Shown here one piece after another: positions 1 to 7,252 of a stretch of DNA of 8,555 bases. The DNA lies in assembly GCF_006345805.1 (NCBI RefSeq), contig NW_021828425.1:1-8555 (forward strand). Reading direction: 5' to 3'. Source of the stretch: Octopus sinensis. Its lineage: Eukaryota. Numbering within the stretch: position 1 is the stretch's first letter; every line of letters begins with the position of its first letter. The notes beneath the pieces are model-generated. The model did no database searches. It saw nothing but the letters and a program-made list of their open reading frames with translations, and was not told where the DNA came from. Position numbers and translations under genes: made by a program.

Positions 1-2981
1 ATGTGCTTGTGCAAATGTATATGCATGTGTTTGAGAGAGAGAGAGAGTGTGTGTGTGTGTGTCGTTTGTATGTGTGTGTACGCTTATATATTAATTACTA
101 TGTGCTTGTGCAAATGTATATGCATGTGTTTGAGAGAGAGAGAGAGAGAGAGAGTGTGTGTGGTGTGTGTCGTTTGTGTGTGTGTGTACGCTTATATATT
201 AATTACTATGTGCTTGTGCAAATGTATATGCATGTGTTTGAGAGAGAGAGAGAGAGAGAGAGTGTGTGTGTGTCGTTTGTATGTGTGTGTACGCTTATAT
301 ATTAATTACTATGTGCTTGTGCAAATGTATATGCATGTGTTTGAGAGAGAGAGAGAGAGAGAGTGTGTGTGTGTTGTGTTCGTTTGTGTGTGTGTGTACG
401 CTTATATATTAATTACTATGTGCTTGTGCAAATGTATATGCATGTGTTTCAGAGAGAGAGAGAGAGAGAGAGTTGTGTGTGTCGTTTGTATGTGTGTGTA
501 CGCTTATATATTAATTACTATGTGCTTGTGCAAATGTATATGCATGTGTTTGGAGAGAGAGAGAGAGAGAGAGTGTGTGTGTGTCGTTTGTATGTGTGTG
601 TACGCTTATATATTAATTACTATGTGCTTGTGCAAATGTATATGCATGTGTTTCAGAGAGAGAGAGAGAGAGATGTGTGTGGTTCGTTTTGTATGTGTGT
701 GTACGCTTATATATTAATTACTATGTGCTTGTGCAAATGTATATGCATGTGTTTGAGAGAGAGAGAGAGAGAGAGAGTGTGTGTGTCGTTTGTATGTGTG
801 TGTACGCTTATATATTAATTACTATGTGCTTGTGCAAATGTTATGCATGTGTTTTTGAGAGAGAGAGAGAGAGAGAGTGTGGTGTGTGTGTTGTTTTTGT
901 ATGTGTGTGTACGCTTATATATTAAGTACTATGTGCTTGTGCAAAATATATGCATGTGTCAGAGAAGAAGAGTGTGTGTGTTGTGTGTCGTTTGTATGTG
1001 TGTGTACGCTTATATATTAATTACTATGTGCTTGTGCAAATGTATATGCATGTGTTTGAGAGAGAGAGAGAGAGAGAGAGTGTGTGTCGTTTGTATGTGT
1101 GTGTACGCTTATATATTAATTACTATGTGCTTGTGCAAATGTATATGCATGTGTTTGGAGAGAGAGAGAGAGAGTTGTGTGTGTGTGGTGTGTTTGTTTG
1201 TATGTGTGTGTACGCTTATATATTAAGTACTATGTGCTTGTGCAAATATATATGCATGTGTTTGAGAGAGAGAGAGAGAGAGTGTGTGTGTATGTGTCGT
1301 TTGTATGTGTGTGTACGCTTATATATTATTACTATGTGCTTGTGCAAATGTATATGCATGTGTTTCAGAGAGAGGAGTGTGTGTGGGTGTGTCGTTTGTA
1401 GTGTGTGTACGCTTATATATTAATTACTATGTGCTTGTGCAAATGTATATGCATGTGTTTCAGAGAGAGAGAGTGTGTGTGTGTGTCGTTTGTATGTGTG
1501 TGTACGCTTATATATTAATTACTATGTGCTTGTGCAAATATATATGCATGTGTTTGAGAGAGAGAGAGAGAGAGAGAGAGTGTGTGTGTGTCGTTTGTAT
1601 GTGTGTGTACGCTTATATATTAATTACTATGTGCTTGTGCAAATGTATATGCATGTGTTTGAGAGAGAGAGAGAGAGAGAGAGTGTGTGTGTGTGTACGC
1701 TTATATATTAATTACTATGTGTTTGTGCAAATGTATATGCATGTGTTTGAGAGAGAGAGAGAGAGAGAGAGAGTGTGTGTGTGTGTCGTTTGTATGTGTG
1801 TGTACGCTTATATATTAAGTACTATGTGCTTGTGCAAATGTATATGCATGTGTTTCAGAGAGAGAGAGTGTGTGTGTCGTTTGTATGTGTGTGTACGCTT
1901 ATATATTAATTACTATGTGCTTGTGCAAATGTATATGCATGTGTTTGAGAGAGAGTGAGGAGAGTGTGGGTGGTCGTTTGTATTGTGTGTACGCTTATAT
2001 ATTAATTACTATGTGCTTGTGCAAAATATAATAGCATTGTTTGAGAGAGAGAGAGAGAGAGAGAGTGTGTGTGTGTGTCGTTTGTATGTGTGTGTACGCT
2101 TATATATTAATTACTATGTGCTTGTGCAAATGTATATGCATGTGTTTGAGAGAGAGAGAGAGAGAGAGTGTGTGTGTGTACGCTTATATATTAATTACTA
2201 TGTGCTTGTGCAAATGTATATGCATGTGTTGAGAGAGAGAGAGAGAGAGAGAGTGTGTGTGTGTCGTTTGTATGTGTGTGTACGCTTATATATTAATTAC
2301 TATGTGCTTGTGCAAATGTATATGCATGTGTTGAGAGAGAGAGAGAGAGAGTGTGTGTGTGTGTCGTTTGTGTGTGTGTGTACGCTTATATATTAATTAC
2401 TATGTGCTTGTGCAAATGTATATGCATGTGTTTGAGAGAGAGAGAGAGTGTGTTTGTGTGTGTGTGTCGTTTGTATGTGTGTGTACGCTTATATATTAAT
2501 TACTATGTGCTTGTGGAAATGTATATGCATGTGTTGAGAGAGAGAGAGAGTGTGTGTGTGTGGTGTGTGTCGTTTGTATGTGTGTGTACGCTTATATATT
2601 AATTACTATGGGTTTGTGCAAATGTATATGAAGTGTTTTTGAGAGAGAGAGAGAGTGTGTGTGTGTGTGTGTGTCGTTTGTATGTGTGTGTACGCTTATA
2701 TATTAATTACTATGTGCTTGTGCAAATGTATATGCATGTGTTTGAGAGAGAGAGAGAGAGAGAGTGTGTGTGTGTGTCGTTTGTATGTGTGTGTACGCTT
2801 ATATATTAATTACTATGTGCTTGTGCAAATGTATATGCATGTGTTTGAGAGAGAGAGAGAGAGTGTGTGGTGTGTGTGTCGTTTGTATGTGTGTGTACGC
2901 TTATATATTAATTACTATGTGCTTGTGCAAATGTATATGCATGTGTTTGAGAGAGAGAGTGTGTGTGTGTGTGTGTGTCGT
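1..2981. repeat. Tandem satellite/minisatellite, ~100-bp unit with internal (GA)n(GT)m compound microsatellite; 29 full units + 1 partial, open at the left window edge
   Basis: Consensus ATGTGCTTGTGCAAATGTATATGCATGTGTTT-(GA)n-(GT)m-CGTTTGTATGTGTGTGTACGCTTATATATTAATTACT. Hand-counted unit starts: 1, 100, 208, 311, 418, 520, 622, 723, 824, 931, 1026, 1125, 1232, 1334, 1429, 1524, 1629, 1717, 1824, 1915, 2011, 2116, 2200, 2302, 2402, 2505, 2608, 2712, 2815, 2917. Unit lengths are 84-108 bp and vary mostly through the dinucleotide tracts. Confidence 0.98.
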
Positions 2982-3021
2982 GTGTCTGCTATATTTCTTT
3001 ATCAATATCGATAACGCAGCA

Positions 3022-3110
3022 ATGCTGGGATTTCATTGGATAAAATTCGAAGATGCTGGGATTTCATTGGTTAAAATCCGAAGATGTTGGGATTTCATTG
3101 GTTAAAATTC
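3022..3110. repeat. 31-bp tandem repeat, 2 full copies + 1 partial
   Basis: ATGCTGGGATTTCATTGGATAAAATTCGAAG (3022-3052), ATGCTGGGATTTCATTGGTTAAAATCCGAAG (3053-3083), ATGTTGGGATTTCATTGGTTAAAATTC (3084-3110). Confidence 0.95.
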
Positions 3111-3340
3111 TTAAAACAGAGAGGAGGGAGATAGTTAACGGAGAGGGGAGAAGGTATCGGGGTTCGAGATCAGCGCCGAAACGGTAATGAAACAAGGTTA
3201 TCTTAGCTGCACATTTCTGAAATCCAAGTTTATCATCCGAAGCAAAGCAATGAGGAATCGAGTGGAGGCAGGAACCGAGCAAACACTGGTTTATATAGAG
3301 ATTAGGGGTTTTTCTGGGGGACGGGGACGATTGGCGTGTT

Positions 3341-3377
3341 AGATAGAAGAGGGGGAAAGAGAGAGAGAGAAGGGAGA
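3341..3377. repeat. Purine-rich low-complexity / (GA)n tract
   Basis: AGATAGAAGAGGGGGAAAGAGAGAGAGAGAAGGGAGA is almost entirely A/G. Confidence 0.8.
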
Positions 3378-3471
3378 CCCCACGAGGGAGAAATCTCTAT
3401 GGCAGGGCGAGGTTCGAAATAGAAAAAAAACTTAATGAAACAGGAAATGCCGAAAACGCAAGACAGGCTTC

Positions 3472-3490
3472 TATATATAAATATATATAT
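3472..3490. repeat. (TA)n microsatellite
   Basis: TATATATAAATATATATAT. Confidence 0.85.
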
Positions 3491-3547
3491 GCGTCCATAT
3501 GTATAGGCATACCTACACAACTGGGTCCCACGACGAATTTGTTTCCT

Positions 3548-4015
3548 TATAACTTTCAGACAAATTGATATTTAATGAAATTTCTTTGACAAAAATGCTT
3601 CAGATGATGAAGATTCCAATTATATCGGAAATTGTTGTAAAAACAAATTTTCAAACGTTGAGGAGTTGACTTTCTCAAAATTCACCCAAATCCGTTTTGT
3701 TTTTCTATAACTTTCAGAAAAGTGGATATTTTGTTTCTGTGAAAATTTCTACAAATCCCTTTCAAATGGTGTAGATTAGGATTATATCGGAATTTAACAT
3801 GAAAAAACTTTTAAAATTTGATGGTTTCGCACACATACATACTGACACACATTACGGTTATTTTCCCAAAGTTCATCTTTTTATTTTCTGTTTTGTGTCA
3901 GTGTATATCTGTGCGAATCCACCAATTTTTATAATTTTCTTCATATTAAATTCCGATATAATCGAAATCTTCACCGTCTGAAACGGTTTTATTGAAAATT
4001 TCATTTGAAAATATC
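3548..4015. mobile_element. AT-rich foldback / MITE-like element with long inverted arms, right arm cut by the LTR insertion
   Basis: 3781-3802 is the reverse complement of 3941-3962 at 21/22. 3821-3849 mirrors 3894-3920, and 3725-3780 mirrors 3963-4015 less well; the spacer is 3850-3893. The left side has a ~158-bp direct duplication (TATAACTTTCAGA at 3548 and 3706; ATTATATCGGAA at 3619 and 3781). The symmetry is seen directly. The MITE label is inference and the left terminus is not defined. Confidence 0.65.
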
Positions 4016-4044
4016 TGTAGTGATGCTACAGTGTAGGGTTCGGC

Positions 4045-4107
4045 GCGCATGCGCAGAATGGGACTACTTCCGGGTGGCCACCGGAAGTCTTCCCCATGCG
4101 CATGTGC
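4045..4107. promoter_or_regulatory. Dyad-symmetric NRF1-like / ETS-like motif cluster in LTR U3
   Basis: GCGCATGCGC 4045-4054, ACTTCCGG 4066-4073, CCGGAAGT 4081-4088, GCGCATGTGC 4098-4107. The motifs match the NRF1 and ETS/GABP consensus; function is inferred. Confidence 0.5.
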
Positions 4108-4205
4108 GGGAAAACATCTCTCGAGCCCGCGAACCTCAAATCTCTCTCTTCGGCTCAAGACAGCACTGCGATCGGTCACGGTTTTCCTGGCTCTGACAGC
4201 CACAC

Positions 4206-4235
4206 ACCAACTTCAACCAACTTCAACCAACCTCA
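4206..4235. repeat. 10-bp tandem repeat x3 inside LTR
   Basis: ACCAACTTCA ACCAACTTCA ACCAACCTCA. Confidence 0.85.
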
Positions 4236-4302
4236 ACGACCAACACCAGCAGTATATCAGAGGCTGTCTATTCCCCCATCAGACAACGTACAACCATGAA
4301 TC

Positions 4303-4308
4303 AATAAA
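4303..4308 (+). promoter_or_regulatory. LTR polyadenylation signal
   Basis: AATAAA followed about 30 nt later by a GT/T-rich tract (GTTTCGTCTGTTTGTTTT), in the expected R/U5 position of an LTR. Confidence 0.65.
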
Positions 4309-4435
4309 CCAAGTTGTCTGTTCACCTTTAACCTGAGTTTCGTCTGTTTGTTTTCTACAAGAATTTTTGTATGTGACTAGAAAGGATCTCGACACCCTGC
4401 CAGTGCTTCGATGATAGATCCTTTCACGTTACAAT

Positions 4436-4445
4436 TGGTGACCCC
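4436..4445 (+). other. Primer binding site, tRNA-Trp type
   Basis: TGGTGACCCC 2 nt after the LTR end is complementary to the ...GGGGUCACCA 3' end of eukaryotic tRNA-Trp. The next 8 nt match only partly to the tRNA-Trp sequence as I recall it. Confidence 0.85.
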
Positions 4446-4591
4446 TAGTTGAGAAAAAGAACAGGATAGAAGAAGACACAGCGAACAGGTTTTTTTTGGG
4501 GCCGAAGAGCGCGGAAATTCACATTTATTTTCCTATTTTCCTTTTCAGCACGGCGAGGTGGGTAAAATAGCCTATTCATCGCACACAGTAC

Positions 4592-4627
4592 AAAAAAAAA
4601 AAAAAAAAACAAAGAAAAAAGAAAAAA
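4592..4627. repeat. Poly(A) / A-rich tract in retroelement leader
   Basis: A18 (4592-4609) then CAAAGAAAAAAGAAAAAA. Confidence 0.8.
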
Positions 4628-4796
4628 CACACACACATCATTTTTTTTCCTTTTCTGTATTTTGTTTTCCTTGTACACCTATTCCTTTTTTTGCTACCCA
4701 CGAGGTGCACACACAAACACAATTTTGAATTGCCTTCTCGGTTCCACGTGTTCTCTCTCCACTTCTAGACCATACCTTCTGCCCCCTTCTCACAGA

Positions 4797-5296
4797 TTCC
4801 TTCCGACAAAGGCATGGCTCAGGTTTGCCTTCATTTACGGGGGATATGGGCCTGTGGTTTGCCCAAGTGGAGTGGTATTTTGTTGCACATGCCATTTCTC
4901 CACAGCAGCAGTTGCACCTGCTATATTCCGGCTTACATCCCCGACTCGCCGCATCGATCAGGGATCTAATAATAAGTCCCCACCCGGATGCCACATACGC
5001 GTCTGTGAAAGCAGAAATCCTCCGCCGCAACACACGTTCGGGGGAGAGCAATATTCAGATTGCCACGATGGCCGATGGAATACTGGAATTTCCGAATCCA
5101 TCTCCATCGCGAGGCCTCTGTGCATGTAGAGGGGGCCCTGCGCAAATTTCACTAGCCGAGCGGATTGATGCGCTCACGCGGCGAATCGACGATCTATCCC
5201 GTGCGATCGAGCGCCGACAACGCAGTCGTAGTCGCTCTACCAAAAGGGCAGATCGGTTGTACCCAGCCGTGCACTTTCAAGCCCTCGGAAAACTAA
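4797..5296 (+). pseudogene. gag: gag, internally deleted and frameshifted; start codon not identified
   Basis: LPSFTGDMGLWFAQVEWYF...SIRDLIISPHPDATYASVKAEILRRNT resembles the gypsy gag N-terminus (LPxF...LWFAQVE...RDLI..P....Y..LK..L..R). It continues MADGILE, a coiled-coil-like stretch and RSRSRS. In frame 2 the tail is CTQPCTFKPSEN-stop (5258-5296). An extra T at 4823-4825 breaks L-R-L-P and an extra T at 5257-5258 breaks A-D-R-C. Confidence 0.85.
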
Positions 5297-5327
5297 ATCC
5301 GGAGGAGGTGAGCACGTCACCTTCTTC
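5287..5327 (+). promoter_or_regulatory. Candidate gag-pol -1 programmed ribosomal frameshift signal
   Basis: G GAA AAC (5287-5293) sits directly before the gag stop TAA (5294-5296). After a 7-nt spacer comes an 11-bp stem, 5301-5311/5317-5327 (2 G-U pairs, GCACG loop). pol is in the -1 frame. Confidence 0.65.
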
Positions 5328-5352
5328 CATCTCGTTTCCCAAACATCGTGCA

Positions 5353-5628
5353 TTCTATGTAAAAGATCTGGTGTCGAAGACATTCTTCATGGTAGACACC
5401 GGTTCCTGTTGCAGCATCTGGCCCCTTCGTCTGGCTGCAGACAAGCCGAAGCGCTCTTCGATTGTCTTGCATGCTATTGACTCGTCTCCCATAACCACTT
5501 ACGGTCAGATTTCGCTGCGCCTCAACCTCAACCTTCGCCGAGACTTTCGATGGGTTTTCGTCATCGCTGACATCCCACATCCTATTCTCGGCGCTGATTT
5601 CCTGGATAGGTTTAACCTATTGGTGGAT
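5353..5628 (+). CDS. pol: pol: retropepsin-type aspartic protease domain
   Basis: FMVDTGSCCSIWP (DTG at 5395-5403) and ILGADFL (5584-5604) in ORF 4825..6198. Confidence 0.93.
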
Positions 5629-5922
5629 GTCAGGCGTCGGAGGCTTCTTGATAGCACGACGTCGCTCTCTACACCGACTGGGAGTTCCACCACTGCGGTC
5701 CTTAGCCCGACATTCTTTGTTGCCACCTCTGGAGACCCATTTCACTCTCTTTTGGTTTCATTTCCGGAGCTAGTGGACATTGCCTTTAAACCGGAAAATC
5801 CTACCCACTCGACCCTCCATTTCATCACCACCAATGGGCCACCTGTATTCTCACGCCCCCGGCGCCTAGCGCCAGACCGACTTAAAACGGCCAGAGCCGA
5901 GTTTGAGCACATGCTTCAACTT

Positions 5923-6448
5923 GGCATTATACGCCCCTCCACCAGCCCATGGGCATCTCCCCTTCATTTGGCGCGAAAGGGCGAGTCTGATTTTCGCCCG
6001 GTTGGAGACTATCGACGCCTCAATGCCGTCACAATAGCCGATCGCTATCCGATTAGAAATCTCCGGGACTTTACAGCAAATCTCCATGGTTGTACCATTT
6101 TTTCGAAGGTCGATCTGATACGCGCTTACCACCAAATACCGGTCAACCCAGCCGACGTTCCAAAAACTGCAATCACTACCCCCCTTTGGGTGTTTTGAGT
6201 TTTTGTACATGAGTTTCGGTTTGCGGAATGCTACTAGCACCTTCCAGCGTTTCATTGATGAGGTTGTCCGCGGTCTTGATTTTGTGTTTGCCTATGTCGA
6301 TGACATACTCATTGCGAGCGACACACGAGAAAATCATCTCCGGCACCTTTCTCAACTCTTCCAGCGTCTTCGCGCGTATAGCATACGCATAAACCCCGAC
6401 AAGTGTGTTTTCGGACGCTCTTCCCTAGATTTTCTAGGGCATCATATT
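5923..6448 (+). CDS. pol: pol: reverse transcriptase domain, split by one extra C at 6179-6184
   Basis: SPWASPLHL, DYRRLNAVT, FSKVDLIRAYHQIPV, KTAITTP/FGCFEFLYMSFGLRNA, YVDD (6293-6304), FLGH. Removing one C from the C6 run joins ORF 4825..6198 to ORF 6203..7399. Confidence 0.97.
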
Positions 6449-6736
6449 GATTCGACTGGAATCAGCCCCCTCTCGTCAAAAGTCGATGCCATTCAACGCA
6501 TCGCACCCCCCACTTCCTTGCGCCAGCTCAGGCATTATCTAGGGATGGTCAATTTCTACCGACGCTTCATTCCCGGTTGTGCAGATAAGCTGCTACCTCT
6601 CACCAGGCTGTTAAAGGACTCTCCTAGAAAGGACAGTCAAGTCACCCTCTCTGTTGAGGCAGTGACAGCCTTTGAGTCCATTAAGAAGGAGCTGGCTTCT
6701 GTTTCTTTGCTTGCACATCCAGTTCCTGGTGCTTCT

Positions 6737-7099
6737 CTCTCTTTGACTGTGGACGCATCGGACACTGCGATTGGCGCTGTGTTACAACACACAGTGGATG
6801 ACCATGTTCGACCTCTAGCCTTCTTTTCCCGTCAACTGCAACCAGCTGAACGACGATACAGCACCTTTGATCGTGAGCTCCTAGCGATCTACCTATCGGT
6901 TCGTCATTTCCAGCATCAACTTGAAGGGCGAGATTTTGTGATCTATACGGATCACAAGCCCCTTACGTTTGCCCTGTTTTCAAAACGGACAAACTCTCAC
7001 CCCGTGCTTTTCGGCACCTGGATTTTATCTCTCAATTTACTAGCAACATTCGACACATACCTGGAAAAGAGAACGTTCCTGCTGAGCTCTCTCTCTCGC
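6737..7099 (+). CDS. pol: pol: RNase H domain, with compensating indels near 6982 and 7085-7096
   Basis: LTVDASDTAIGAVL (DAS 6752-6760), RRYSTFDRELLAIY, IYTDHKPL. After a 1-nt shift in the A run at 6982-6985 it reads DKLSPRAFRHLDFISQFTSNIRHIPGKENVPA. Confidence 0.95.
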
Positions 7100-7252
7100 C
7101 TTCCAGTTTGCGCCCTGTTCGTCTCCTGCTGCTATCGACTTAGCTGCCATAAATCGCAGGAGCAGCCACCTTTGGCGTCGTTAGATTTACTTCTCCCAAG
7201 TTCTCTCCTGTTGCCAGTTTTCCTACCTTCCGCTTCCGTCAGCCGAAGCACC

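Larger units (their letters stand above)
4016..4433 (+). repeat. 5' LTR (~418 bp)
   Basis: Starts TGTAG (4016) and ends GTTACA (4433), giving TGTA...TACA termini. The PBS follows 2 nt later and an AATAAA lies inside. Mirror homology of the flanking foldback stops exactly at 4015. An alternative start TGTAG at 4032 cannot be excluded without a second LTR. Confidence 0.8.

Noticed and set aside
1-2981. CRISPR-like look (constant repeat + variable spacer)
   Set aside because: The variable parts are only GA/GT dinucleotide runs, not unique spacers. There are no cas genes and the context is eukaryotic.
1-3105. Many overlapping Cys/Val-rich + strand ORFs (MCLCKCICMC...ERERE...VCVC)
   Set aside because: They are direct translations of the satellite unit, change frame with dinucleotide tract length and overlap in several frames. 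They are not metallothionein or zinc-finger genes.
3302-3334. TTAGGG hexamer and G-runs (possible telomeric seed or G-quadruplex)
   Set aside because: There is a single TTAGGG only, and three long G-runs with just GG as the fourth, so it is not a canonical G4.
3472-3481. TATATAAA TATA box
   Set aside because: It is part of a (TA)n microsatellite with no downstream gene.
3513-3530. TACACAACTGGGTCCCA as a Tc1/mariner-like TIR end of the foldback element
   Set aside because: The resemblance is weak and the partner end is not in the window, so it cannot be supported.
3064-3981. Short ORFs 3064..3282(-), 3302..3520(-), 3799..3981(+)
   Set aside because: They are 60-72 aa, low-complexity, overlap repeats and show no recognisable domain.
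3946-4336. ORFs overlapping the LTR (3946..4203-, 4005..4196+, 4049..4336+, 4096..4299+)
   Set aside because: They are short chance ORFs in GC-rich LTR sequence with no domain similarity; one crosses the insertion junction.
5923-6448. RT as part of a prokaryotic retron, DGR or RT-CRISPR system
   Set aside because: The RT is fused to protease, RNase H and DDE integrase and preceded by an LTR, PBS and gag, so it is an ordinary gypsy pol.
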